Origin: Promethearchaeota archaeon Loki_b31
GTDB taxonomy: Archaea; Asgardarchaeota; Lokiarchaeia; Sigyniarchaeales; SOKP01
Direction: 5' to 3'
Length of the DNA stretch: 64,000 nucleotides
NCBI GenBank assembly: GCA_005222975.1
Contig: NJBI01000011.1
Span: 1-64,000, forward strand
The notes below the pieces were generated by a model. It saw only the letters and a list, made by a program, of their open reading frames with translations. It searched no databases and was not told the DNA's origin. Of this stretch, positions 1 to 9,078 are shown in pieces. A program made the position numbers and the translations under genes. Each line of letters opens with the position of its first letter. Position 1 is the first letter of the stretch.

Positions 1-1
1 C

Positions 2-616
2 CTGAATAAAAAGATGCCGTTCTCACCTGAGGATGGCGTGGACCATCCGGTATCCCTCTATGCGGCCACTAAAAAAGCCAATGAACTGATGTCACACAGC
101 TACAGCCATTTGTACGGCATCCCTACGACAGGGCTGCGCTTTTTTACCGTGTATGGCCCTTGGGGCCGGCCTGATATGGCTCTGTTTTTATTTACCAAAG
201 CCATTTTAAATGGCGAGCCTATTAAGGTATTTAACTACGGAAAAATGAAGCGGGACTTTACTTATATTGACGATATAGTCGAAGGCATTATCCGGATCCA
301 GGCCAAGGCACCACAAACAAAGCCGGACTGGTCTGACACCGCAGGTGCCCGCAGTGAAAGTTCTGCCCCTTATAAGTTATTTAATATAGGTAACAGTCAG
401 CCTGTGGAGCTGGAGCGTTTAATTTGTGCTATTGAGGCTGCGACGGGTAAAAAAGCAATCAGGGATTACCAGCCTATTCAACCGGGGGATGTGGAAGCGA
501 CTTTTGCCGATGTGGAAGACTTTGAGCGGCATATCGACTTTGTACCGGCCACTCCGATTGAACAAGGAGTGCAAAGTTTCGTGGATTGGTACCGGGCTTA
601 CTATCAGAACGAATAG
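2..616 (+). CDS. NAD-dependent epimerase (UDP-glucuronate 4-epimerase type), 5' truncated by window edge
   Basis: YAATKKANE (YxxxK), LRFFTVYGPWGRPDMA, RDFTYIDD and QPGDV motifs; frame is open from position 2. Confidence 0.92.
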   Translation: MNKKMPFSPEDGVDHPVSLYAATKKANELMSHSYSHLYGIPTTGLRFFTVYGPWGRPDMALFLFTKAILNGEPIKVFNYGKMKRDFTYIDDIVEGIIRIQAKAPQTKPDWSDTAGARSESSAPYKLFNIGNSQPVELERLICAIEAATGKKAIRDYQPIQPGDVEATFADVEDFERHIDFVPATPIEQGVQSFVDWYRAYYQNE

Positions 617-633
617 AGCTATCCTGCCTGAAA

Positions 634-1653
634 TCAGGCAGGATTTTTAAACAAGGTTTGCCATATATCGCGGTCGGCATTTAAATCAAAGTACTTGCTG
701 GCATGCTGGGCCTGTTTGCTAAAGTAGGGCAATTTATTCAGGAAATAACTGAAGTTTTCCTGCAACGCCATGGCGTCATTTGGCGTCACCATACCATTCT
801 GGTAGCGCACTAACTCACTGCAGCCCCCGACATCGCTTAAAAACAATGGTAAACCACAGGCAGCGGCTTCAATGGCCGACATGGGCAAGCCTTCGCTGTC
901 TGACAGCAAGACCAAACCATCGTAGGCACTGAAGTTACCGAAGTTTTTTACTTCTCCGCACAACCTGATATTGCTTGCAGGCAGAATTTGCGTGGCCAGA
1001 CTGCCTTGGCCTATCACGTCAATCTGGACAGAAAAGTGATTCAGAAGATTCAGCAGATCAGGTCTTTTCGGTGCTTCCAGCCTGGCTAGATACAATAAAT
1101 TCGGAGAGTTCGGGCGTCTGTCTAATGGCGGCTCCAGGCCTGAAGCTTGTGGCTGGAAGACTTTATTGGGGATCAGCAGCAGCTTGTCCTGTTCAATTTT
1201 CAGCGTTTCCTGCGCTATCTGATAATCCGCACCTGATATGCAGATAATTTTATCGGTCAGTGCCGCCAGCCATTGTTCAATTTTGCGAAAGGCAAAGCGC
1301 AGCAAGCCGCCGTTGTAGTTAAACGACCAGCCGTGCGAAACATAATAAACCTGAACAGGGGTTAGCAATTTGACCAGCCGGGCCATCACGCCGGCATGTG
1401 CAGAGCTGGCCACCAACAAACCAATATTGTGCTGGCGGATAAACTTCTTTAACCTGAACAAATCCCGTAAAAAAAACAGTTTGCCCATGGAGGGAAGGGT
1501 GAGGCTTCGCTCGTCAGCGAAGAAGCTGTTCAGCCAGCCATGCTCAGATGAAATAAGGAAACGTCTGGAGTTTTCGCAAAAGCCTGAGACATTTTTCACC
1601 CAAGCCTGAGCACCACCAACTTCCGATTTGGTGATGATAAAACCAACATTCAT
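634..1653 (-). CDS. Glycosyltransferase family 4
   Basis: N-terminal ITKSEVGGAQ, HGWSF, and C-terminal SDSEGLPMSAIEAAACG GT-B motif. Confidence 0.88.
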   Translation of the reverse strand: MNVGFIITKSEVGGAQAWVKNVSGFCENSRRFLISSEHGWLNSFFADERSLTLPSMGKLFFLRDLFRLKKFIRQHNIGLLVASSAHAGVMARLVKLLTPVQVYYVSHGWSFNYNGGLLRFAFRKIEQWLAALTDKIICISGADYQIAQETLKIEQDKLLLIPNKVFQPQASGLEPPLDRRPNSPNLLYLARLEAPKRPDLLNLLNHFSVQIDVIGQGSLATQILPASNIRLCGEVKNFGNFSAYDGLVLLSDSEGLPMSAIEAAACGLPLFLSDVGGCSELVRYQNGMVTPNDAMALQENFSYFLNKLPYFSKQAQHASKYFDLNADRDIWQTLFKNPA

Positions 1654-1656
1654 ACC

Positions 1657-2190
1657 TTAGCGTCCCATGCCAAAGATCACTACCTTTAAGGTAGCGAACA
1701 AGATCCTGATATCCAGCCAAAACGAGTGGTGTTTGATATAAAAAATATCATATTTATGCTTCCAGACTGCGTCCTCAACCGATGCCCCATAAGGATAACG
1801 CACCTGCGCCAGACCGGTGATACCCGGTTTAACGGCGTGACGGAAGCGGTAATACACGATGGATTTTTCCAGCTCTTCGATAAAGACCTCGCGCTCAGGC
1901 CGGGGACCGATCAGCGACATATCGCCCAGAAAGACATTCAGCAACTGAGGCAACTCATCAATACGGGTTTTGCGGATAAAATTGCCTACTTTGGTGATAC
2001 GGCTGTCATTTTCTTCTGTGCCGGCAGCGGAGTCCATATACCATGGCTGGCAAACGGTTATGGAGCCAAAAGAAGACAATATCCGGTCTCTGGCAAACCC
2101 GGGCACATACGAATGGGGAAACAGGATTGCAGTGCTGGTTTTCATTTTTTCATTATGATCTGTTGTCATGTCTTTAACTTCACCGTTCAC
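1657..2190 (-). CDS. Polyprenyl-phosphate sugar transferase C-terminal domain fused to unrelated N-terminal sequence (probable chimera)
   Basis: DSRITKVGNFIRKTRIDELPQL..GDMSLIGPRPER..VKPGITGLAQV; the domain begins abruptly near nt 2010 and lacks the usual TM/KFRSM part. Confidence 0.75.
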   Translation of the reverse strand: MNGEVKDMTTDHNEKMKTSTAILFPHSYVPGFARDRILSSFGSITVCQPWYMDSAAGTEENDSRITKVGNFIRKTRIDELPQLLNVFLGDMSLIGPRPEREVFIEELEKSIVYYRFRHAVKPGITGLAQVRYPYGASVEDAVWKHKYDIFYIKHHSFWLDIRILFATLKVVIFGMGR

Positions 2191-2209
2191 AAGCTTCCCT
2201 CCTCACCCC

Positions 2210-2410
2210 TCACTCATCCTTTCCTTCAAGATGACAATTGCAATGATGATCACCGCATTCAGGGCATACATAAACAGGATTCTCATTTTCAGATTTATTT
2301 CCGGTTTTCCTTAACCAGAACCAGATCAATGCCGCTGCAATTATAAACAGCAACAAGATAACTACTAACAGCAACAGCAACAAAAATACAATTAATAAGT
2401 GAAACAGCAA
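2210..2410 (-). CDS. Small membrane protein with C-terminal CPECGDHHCNCH metal motif; 5' part may be chimeric
   Basis: Hydrophobic N-terminus plus Cys/His cluster; base composition changes at about 2345 inside the ORF. Confidence 0.4.
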   Translation of the reverse strand: MLFHLLIVFLLLLLLVVILLLFIIAAALIWFWLRKTGNKSENENPVYVCPECGDHHCNCHLEGKDE

Positions 2411-2447
2411 CTAACTTTAGCGAGCCATAAAATTAGTGGGCTACGCT
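2346..2447. promoter_or_regulatory. Candidate rolling-circle origin: 4x AACAGCAAC plus hairpin with TAAAATTAG loop
   Basis: AACAGCAAC at 2346, 2367, 2373, 2403; imperfect stem AGCGAGCCA/TGGGCTACGCT at 2419-2447. Confidence 0.4.
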
Positions 2448-2507
2448 TGTACCCCCCCCACAAAAGATTCTTATGTTTTTTTCCAAAAAACATTTCACGA
2501 CATAAAT

Positions 2508-2819
2508 CTAACCATCTTCTTCAGACAATACAGCAACAAAACCGAACCTTTCGACAACTCCCATTTTGTCATACTCCACCTTATTTTCCACCATCATCTT
2601 ATAAACACCACAATCCTTATAACTATCAAATTCGCTACAGTCAGAACCTCTTTCATCCCACGAAAGACAACAATTCATTACATCCCCCAACGAGATTTCA
2701 TTTCGATACGCTATTACATAATCCACTATATCATTACACTTAAAATATCGATTAAAATTAGCCTTTATAATTTCCTTCACCAAATCAACCGACAACAACT
2801 TACACAACCCCAATTCCAA
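2508..2819 (-). CDS. Viral hypothetical protein
   Basis: Co-oriented and tightly packed with the Rep block; same codon skew. Confidence 0.55.
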   Translation of the reverse strand: MELGLCKLLSVDLVKEIIKANFNRYFKCNDIVDYVIAYRNEISLGDVMNCCLSWDERGSDCSEFDSYKDCGVYKMMVENKVEYDKMGVVERFGFVAVLSEEDG

Positions 2820-2821
2820 AT

Positions 2822-3028
2822 TTAAACCAGATTACTTCTTATCTTTCTATACGACACATTAGACAAGCAACAAGCCACCTTAACTTCTTTTTTATTTTTT
2901 CCAATAGTAAAAACGCTTACCCTAACCGACCATATTACCCAGCACCCAATTTGAATTATCTTTTCCAATTTAGTAAACTTTTTTGGAGTATTTCTCCACC
3001 ATTTAACTAACTTCGTCAAACTTTTCAC
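2822..3028 (-). CDS. Viral hypothetical protein
   Basis: Packed in the minus-strand block; basic. Confidence 0.4.
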   Translation of the reverse strand: MKSLTKLVKWWRNTPKKFTKLEKIIQIGCWVIWSVRVSVFTIGKNKKEVKVACCLSNVSYRKIRSNLV

Positions 3029-3317
3029 CTTCTTTTTTTAATTTCATTTGCTTTTTTGCTTTATACCCGCAAAAAGGACAATAGTTAACCCTACTAACAT
3101 AACCCCAGTTTACCACGCACAGACTACCATTTTCACGCTCAAAACACCTAATCATAGACGCAGTATAACCCCATTCTACTTGCGAGCCAACAACGCTACA
3201 CTCGTGTAACTCATTATTTTTCCATTTTTTAATCTTTTTCTTTATTTCCTTAATATTTTCTTTTTCTATTTCTTTCATTCTTTCCCACGCCTTCCTTTCT
3301 TTTTTCATTAAACTCAA
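3003..3317 (-). CDS. Viral protein with C-terminal YCPFCG Zn-ribbon half motif
   Basis: Overlaps the Rep stop; VNYCPFCG motif common in viral small proteins. Confidence 0.6.
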   Translation of the reverse strand: MSLMKKERKAWERMKEIEKENIKEIKKKIKKWKNNELHECSVVGSQVEWGYTASMIRCFERENGSLCVVNWGYVSRVNYCPFCGYKAKKQMKLKKEGEKFDEVS

Positions 3318-4441
3318 TATTTTTCCCTCAATGTTTTTTGAACCAAATATTCATCCTTTATCAGACCTTCCTCGTCAACCATTCTATTTTTAATATCGTC
3401 AATCACCCTCTTATAAATATACGCACCCACTTTTCCAATGCTATTGTAATAATCAACCATCTCATCTTTTGACGCCATTACCATATACAAAGCCTCACCC
3501 ACAGGAAACATACCAACCGTTTCTAACACCTTTTCCCACTCACCCTGCACTTCACCTTCAGGATCGAAATCAACATTTAAACTATTATACCACTTCTTAG
3601 CATTTGGTTTCAAATATTTTGATTCAGTATACTTATAAAAATCTTTTTTAACATATTCTTCCAAATTCATGTAATGCATTATCTCTCTCGCATGAGCAAT
3701 ACCGTTACCCCACTTCTTAAAGAAATAGTAACCCAGCAACAACTCAATGCGCGATTTACCCTTATTCATAGCATAACCATATTGCGTCGCAAACCACTTT
3801 TTCCAATCCATTTTATCCCACGACTTTGGATGAATCAACTTTTTTAAGTCAATTTCTTTAAACCTTTTTACAATAAAATCGACCTCAACCATAGCAACCC
3901 CTTTCGCGCTAACATATTCCATTTTCCTTAGTACCTTACCCTTAAAAGACCTAATCTTTTTTAACCGTTTATCCAAATCATCTTTCTTACATTTTATCGT
4001 TCTATTTATAAAATCAAACAACACATGATAATGTGGCCACTCACCACCCTTAATTGGACTTTTACAAACATTGCAGAACACCCATCCTTCACGCTCTTTA
4101 TCGCGAGTAAAATAAACCTTTTTATCACAAGTTTTACAGAATATCATCGTACCCTCCTCGTACTTCCAGAAATACTTGAAACCCCAGAACTTATTCCGCA
4201 ACTTGTTAAAACAATCCGTTAAAGCAGTCCCTAACTCGCCATGTTTACCAAAATAAACCTCAAAACTTTCGGGACTAAAAGTAAATACCGCATGCCACTT
4301 CCATTTAGCATTGGTGACGCTCATAATCTTACTCTGCATATTTTTTAACGACCTGATATCGCTTATTCTTTTGCCCCGCACGGTATAAAACATACCAACC
4401 GTGTGATATTCTACTTTTACTACAACACCCTTACCACTCAA
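3314..4441 (-). CDS. rep: HUH-superfamily rolling-circle replication initiator with inserted Zn ribbon
   Basis: Motif I WHAVFTF, YFWKYE, motif II WPHYHVLF, WGNG, motif III EYVKK (YxxK). Confidence 0.82.
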   Translation of the reverse strand: MSGKGVVVKVEYHTVGMFYTVRGKRISDIRSLKNMQSKIMSVTNAKWKWHAVFTFSPESFEVYFGKHGELGTALTDCFNKLRNKFWGFKYFWKYEEGTMIFCKTCDKKVYFTRDKEREGWVFCNVCKSPIKGGEWPHYHVLFDFINRTIKCKKDDLDKRLKKIRSFKGKVLRKMEYVSAKGVAMVEVDFIVKRFKEIDLKKLIHPKSWDKMDWKKWFATQYGYAMNKGKSRIELLLGYYFFKKWGNGIAHAREIMHYMNLEEYVKKDFYKYTESKYLKPNAKKWYNSLNVDFDPEGEVQGEWEKVLETVGMFPVGEALYMVMASKDEMVDYYNSIGKVGAYIYKRVIDDIKNRMVDEEGLIKDEYLVQKTLREKY

Positions 4442-4613
4442 GATTTACCGACACCCCAATACCATCAAATTCACCCTTAGCAAACACATTCCATTTTCCA
4501 CAGACAACACACTTCCAAGCCACAATTACCTGTCCAATATACCCATACCCACGACCACTAACCTTCATTTGATACACATTATTACATTCCCCATTTTTAC
4601 ACTTTAGATCCAC
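4431..4613 (-). CDS. Viral Zn-ribbon protein
   Basis: CKNGEC...WKCVVCG. Confidence 0.6.
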   Translation of the reverse strand: MDLKCKNGECNNVYQMKVSGRGYGYIGQVIVAWKCVVCGKWNVFAKGEFDGIGVSVNLEW

Positions 4614-4794
4614 TCTTAACCACCATTTTAACTATTTTTCCCGTACCATCCAAATTAACAAATTTGTTAAAACAACTATCGCAATAATTTTCTATCCCAC
4701 TATTTCCATACAATTCATATCCACATTGCCGACAAACAAATTTTACGATCTTACCATAGTTTTTTTCATTATTCATTACCTTATTCACCCTCAA
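4597..4794 (-). CDS. Viral Zn-finger protein
   Basis: CRQCG...YCDSC. Confidence 0.6.
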   Translation of the reverse strand: MRVNKVMNNEKNYGKIVKFVCRQCGYELYGNSGIENYCDSCFNKFVNLDGTGKIVKMVVKSGSKV

Positions 4795-4976
4795 CCGTAT
4801 TTTTTTACCAGAACAATCGACTTAACCTTATATTTAGTCTCTTTGTTAAACAATTTAACAAAATCTAACACAAGTTTTTTTATTTGAACACACAACATAA
4901 CATTCCCATTCTCCCATGTTATTGCCAACGCCACCATCCTAAAATCGCTACGACCACCACTACAACGCAACTCCAT
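4791..4976 (-). CDS. Viral hypothetical protein
   Basis: ATG directly after the upstream TAA; overlaps the next ORF. Confidence 0.5.
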   Translation of the reverse strand: MELRCSGGRSDFRMVALAITWENGNVMLCVQIKKLVLDFVKLFNKETKYKVKSIVLVKKYG

Positions 4977-5708
4977 TTACTGCACCAACCCCATTTTTTT
5001 CAGAAACCACCTTTTAACATCCAATATAATTTTCACACCTCTTTCCATAGAATCCATTGCATCACCACCCCCAATACAACTTTTAGGAATCCACAAATCC
5101 CCTTTTTTACCAAACAACTCCACCAACACAGCCATATCACTCGTCCTTATTATCTGTCTAACATCAAACGGTACCAAAACATTACCATCACCCTCCTTCC
5201 CAGACTCAGTACCAACATCAAGACTTTTTCTCGTAGCATAAGGATATATCATACAACCACAATTTTTACAAAACACCTTTCCATCTTTATCTTTAACGCC
5301 AGTTATCCATTTCCCACACCCCTCACACGCATACGACACAACAAACCTTTTCTTTTCAGCAACTCCATTATCAACAACATCCATTTTTACCACACCCTCT
5401 CGCTTTTCCAACTCCTTATAACCGCCACCCGTATCAGTTCTAACTATTTCCCTTTCAGGAATCCTACCTAACTTTTCGTAACCCAATCTCTTTTGAGCAT
5501 CCTTTACATCCATAATATTTTTTATAATTAAATCCTCTTCTCCAATTTTTTTGTTCAGAAAAGTTTTCGCCCCGTTATATGCCTGCTCTGGACTCACACC
5601 ACCAACATCCAACATAACACCAATTCTATAACCATACGATTGAAAGTCCCGCGTATACTTCCTATGTATAGAAATCTTAATTTCTTTTATTCTTACCACA
5701 ACAACCAC
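4977..5708 (-). CDS. Viral multidomain protein (Zn ribbon plus C-terminal WIPKS domain)
   Basis: CEGCG...FCKNCG; AVLVE..LWIPKSCI..W motif typical of small phage domains. Confidence 0.65.
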   Translation of the reverse strand: MVVVVRIKEIKISIHRKYTRDFQSYGYRIGVMLDVGGVSPEQAYNGAKTFLNKKIGEEDLIIKNIMDVKDAQKRLGYEKLGRIPEREIVRTDTGGGYKELEKREGVVKMDVVDNGVAEKKRFVVSYACEGCGKWITGVKDKDGKVFCKNCGCMIYPYATRKSLDVGTESGKEGDGNVLVPFDVRQIIRTSDMAVLVELFGKKGDLWIPKSCIGGGDAMDSMERGVKIILDVKRWFLKKMGLVQ

Positions 5709-5710
5709 AC

Positions 5711-5842
5711 CTATTCCACACTTTTCAATTTATCGTAATCGTTTAATATTTTCGCAACCTTTAACAAAGTCAGTTGCTCTTTAGTTTCAGAATCGTAAAA
5801 ATACGCACCAAACCTACCGTACTTTACCACATACCGATCCAC
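5711..5842 (-). CDS. Small viral protein, 43 aa (not in ORF track)
   Basis: GTG start, MDRYVVKYGRFGAYFYDSETKEQLTLLKVAKILNDYDKLKSVE*, stop abuts the next gene's SD. Confidence 0.55.
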   Translation of the reverse strand: MDRYVVKYGRFGAYFYDSETKEQLTLLKVAKILNDYDKLKSVE

Positions 5843-5993
5843 TACAACCAGTATTTTTTTCTTACTTTTTATCATAAATTTTTACCCCCTTTTTTATTAC
5901 AATTTTTATTTAATTCAGAACCAATTCAAACCACGCAAAAAACAAAAAAAAAAATATTTATTTAATCTCAATTTTCAACAGCTAACAACAACA

Positions 5994-6464
5994 CTACCCA
6001 AACATCTTTTTACCGCAGTTGACACAATAAGCATTCCCATCATTATCTCTTTCTATATAGACCTTACCTGCACAACCCTTGCAATAATATTGCTTGCTAC
6101 TTTTAGTCATACCGCCACCGCTAGAACCCTTAGTTCCTTGAACGCTCGTTGTTCCATACCTCTTACTCTTAAACCTCGGCGTACCGTCAGACTTTTTACC
6201 GCCCCAAGTACAATTTCTATGAGCACCCATCGTCATCCTATACAACACATGTAACTCCTTATTCTTTTTAGGCGAATTACTATACATAACCTTCTTATAC
6301 TGACTACCATCTGGATACGGCAACATAAGAGATTTAACAATCGAAAACATAGCTATACCCCGATTACCACCCATAGACAGACCAACCCAGACAACTTTAC
6401 CATCAAAAGGATTTTTACCATCCCTTGGTGGCAACACCTTTTCCAGAAATTCACCAACCTGCAT
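5994..6464 (-). CDS. Basic viral protein with C-terminal Zn ribbon
   Basis: YCKGCAGKVY...YCVNCG; K/R/G-rich. Confidence 0.65.
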   Translation of the reverse strand: MQVGEFLEKVLPPRDGKNPFDGKVVWVGLSMGGNRGIAMFSIVKSLMLPYPDGSQYKKVMYSNSPKKNKELHVLYRMTMGAHRNCTWGGKKSDGTPRFKSKRYGTTSVQGTKGSSGGGMTKSSKQYYCKGCAGKVYIERDNDGNAYCVNCGKKMFG

Positions 6465-6794
6465 TTAAGCCGTCACCCCATCGGACTTGTCATTAACATT
6501 ACCTATGAAATCGAGTATTTCCTTAACCATCTTTTCGTAATCAACTTCGCCATTTTTAAACACATCCGCCAAATATTTCTTTTTTATAGAATCTATCAAC
6601 AACTTTATCAACTTTTTGTAGAAGTTATATTTCAACTTAAAAGTACTCTTATCAATAACAACAGCATCAGCTTTCTCGCCCGTAATAGATTTATACAATT
6701 TCTTAAAATCTTTTTTCCGCTTAAACAACCATAACAGGAACGACAAAACCGTAGTAACCGAAAAAGTTATTACACCAATAGTTATATCCAACAT
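6465..6794 (-). CDS. Viral membrane protein (N-terminal TM helix)
   Basis: ITIGVITFSVTTVLSFLLWLF followed by KRKK. Confidence 0.65.
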   Translation of the reverse strand: MLDITIGVITFSVTTVLSFLLWLFKRKKDFKKLYKSITGEKADAVVIDKSTFKLKYNFYKKLIKLLIDSIKKKYLADVFKNGEVDYEKMVKEILDFIGNVNDKSDGVTA

Positions 6795-7465
6795 TATTTC
6801 ATTATCCCCCTTTGCATTTCCATCAGAGTAAGCTTTGAAGCATAGCTTTTGCCCTCTCTCGCATACTTTTCAGCCAGAGCAATCATTTCCGCCCGCTCAA
6901 AACTCTTTTCCAAATTACCCCTTAAGAACTCACGCTTTCTATTCCACACGACCTCAAATTGTTTAGGAATATCTCTCACAAACTTTTTATCAACCCTCCT
7001 AAACGCCGACGCCACCATACTAATACGCCCCGCCATCTCTTTCGGAATTCCTTCAGCTTTTTTCAGATTTTCCAACTGTCTAGTCACAACCTTAGCATAT
7101 CTGCGAAATTCACGCCTCAAATGTTCGTCTTCTTCGCCTTTACCACCGTACCATTTTTGAACTTTCTCTTCATAAGTTAACTTTTTAGGCACAGCCTTAG
7201 GCAATATACCACCAAATAGACCAGCAACTCCTTTGAGCAAACCTAATTTGAAACCTAGGACTTTTCCAATAAAATCACCAACCCCTTTAAACGCTTTACC
7301 AAAAACACCACCCACAGCTTTAAGTGGATCAAATTTTTTCGCTAGCACAATAAACGCAAGTACAGCAATACCAAGCCCACCAAAAATCAACAAGTACTTC
7401 GCCAACTTTCCTATACCCTTTCTTACTTCAGGTTGCATCAACATTTGACCAGCCAACATAGCCAT
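6794..7465 (-). CDS. Viral membrane-anchored protein with Gly-rich amphipathic segment
   Basis: TM YLLIFGGLGIAVLAFIVLA, then GGVFGKAFKGVGDFIGKV; SD-like AGGTGTTG upstream. Confidence 0.65.
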   Translation of the reverse strand: MAMLAGQMLMQPEVRKGIGKLAKYLLIFGGLGIAVLAFIVLAKKFDPLKAVGGVFGKAFKGVGDFIGKVLGFKLGLLKGVAGLFGGILPKAVPKKLTYEEKVQKWYGGKGEEDEHLRREFRRYAKVVTRQLENLKKAEGIPKEMAGRISMVASAFRRVDKKFVRDIPKQFEVVWNRKREFLRGNLEKSFERAEMIALAEKYAREGKSYASKLTLMEMQRGIMK

Positions 7466-7477
7466 TTTTTACAACAC

Positions 7478-7894
7478 CTACCGAACTTCTTTATACCCAG
7501 ATCTTGAACCACGCCCAGAACCCCCCGCACCTAACAACTTATCTAAATTAATCAAACCCATCAACTTAGACAAATGCTTTCCACCCGTAGCTAGATTTTG
7601 TAGAAAATCAGCCAACCTATCTAAACTGTCCTTACCCACACTAACATCAAACGCCCTAAGCGTTAAATCCAACAATTGAACATTATCGCCAACAGTATCT
7701 ATAATTTCAAATAGACCATCAGCATTCCAATTTCTTACCTTTTCGTACACTGGTTCTAATTTTTCCCCTATACTCAACAACTTATCCAACACCACCAGAC
7801 CAACACCTAGTCCAGCTATCATCGGTAAATTTTCCGCTATCTTCTCCCAGCTAAACAATTTCTTCAACTTATCCTTCGTTTCAACCAAATCCAT
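7478..7894 (-). CDS. Viral membrane-associated structural protein candidate
   Basis: Hydrophobic LPMIAGLGVGLVVL, basic Gly/Ser/Arg C-terminal tail; GAGGTGTTGTAAATG start context. Confidence 0.6.
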   Translation of the reverse strand: MDLVETKDKLKKLFSWEKIAENLPMIAGLGVGLVVLDKLLSIGEKLEPVYEKVRNWNADGLFEIIDTVGDNVQLLDLTLRAFDVSVGKDSLDRLADFLQNLATGGKHLSKLMGLINLDKLLGAGGSGRGSRSGYKEVR

Positions 7895-7918
7895 TTACAA
7901 CACCTCAATTCAGCAATA

Positions 7919-8677
7919 TTACTGACTTGGACTTAACAACTCCTCAACTTCCTCGGGTAAAAATCCTATTCCAATTATCAACCGTTGATCCAATACCGCA
8001 CTTCCTGTAATACTACCACCAGCAGTACTAGCTTCACAATAACCCAACACACCTACTTCACTATACAAATACAACTTATCTTGAATTTTACGAATAGGAA
8101 ACGAACTTTTAATCGGCGAAAAAATTGGTATCAATCTCTTTTTCGCAGTTTCAATAACAACACCTTCCGTTATCAGACCCAACCCATTTTGCGGTAAAGT
8201 TTGATACGCAGACAACATCACGCCAATCAAATCTTCTTCGTTCCAACTCGTTAAAGGTTGCCTCGAAATCCAATACTTAATATGACCCCCTAACAACCTC
8301 GCAACCGCATCCGTAGGTTGTGAACCAATAGACAAACCCAACAGCGTCGCTATACCATAAATCTGTATACTATCAACTGGATATTCGTTTAACAAATCTT
8401 GGGGAAACATATCGCCAGACTCCATTTGAACATTACCTGGGTTTGTTTCGTACTCCGCAAAATGTTCCGCACTTGAACCCGCCCCTATCGTACCACTAAC
8501 CGTTATCGTCCTCGTTTTCTTTTCCGACAGAGCTATGAACTCGTTTGGACCTCTAATAATAAATCGTCCAGATTCCCTTAGTATCATTTCCAGACCGTTA
8601 CTACCACCAAACTTCGGTATCGGACCAATGTTAATTACCTTATTTTCACCAGTTATAAACGTCATAATAGCCTCCAT
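7919..8677 (-). CDS. Candidate major capsid/structural protein (beta-rich, possibly jelly-roll)
   Basis: 252 aa, first gene of the structural block, low Lys, alternating hydrophobic beta-strand pattern; fold is inferred only. Confidence 0.45.
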   Translation of the reverse strand: MEAIMTFITGENKVINIGPIPKFGGSNGLEMILRESGRFIIRGPNEFIALSEKKTRTITVSGTIGAGSSAEHFAEYETNPGNVQMESGDMFPQDLLNEYPVDSIQIYGIATLLGLSIGSQPTDAVARLLGGHIKYWISRQPLTSWNEEDLIGVMLSAYQTLPQNGLGLITEGVVIETAKKRLIPIFSPIKSSFPIRKIQDKLYLYSEVGVLGYCEASTAGGSITGSAVLDQRLIIGIGFLPEEVEELLSPSQ

Positions 8678-8877
8678 CCAATTCTTTTTTTATAAGGTAT
8701 GCCCCTAATCGCATTTATTACACACTTATTTAATTTAGCAATCGCCAGGCAGACATCTCGCAATCTGAAACCCCAGCGTTATTTATGTTCGTAGAATATA
8801 TGTTTCAAGTATTTAAAGATAAGTGGATGTGATTAAGGATTAGTAAAAGACCGTTTTGCGTAAAAGGAGGGGAGATC

Positions 8878-9078
8878 ATAGGAAATGTACCAACTATTGA
8901 AGAATTGGCGAGTTATATAAAGGATTACATTCTAAACGGTGCTTATGGAGGTGAGTGGGCAACCGATGGTGTTAAGGGTGCGACTCGTAAGGCGATTTAT
9001 GAAGAATTAGAGTTGTTTAAGTCTCAAGTCCTAGGGCAATTAGAGTATAAAGGCGTGTGGGATGCGAGTGGAGGTTAA
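8878..9078 (+). CDS. Fibre/spike segment 1 (66 aa, probable ATA start; not in ORF track)
   Basis: AAGGAGG 7 nt before ATA; GNVPTIEELASYIKDYILNGAYGGEWATDGVKGATRKAIYEELE...LEYKGVWDASGG*. Confidence 0.65.
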   Translation: MGNVPTIEELASYIKDYILNGAYGGEWATDGVKGATRKAIYEELELFKSQVLGQLEYKGVWDASGG

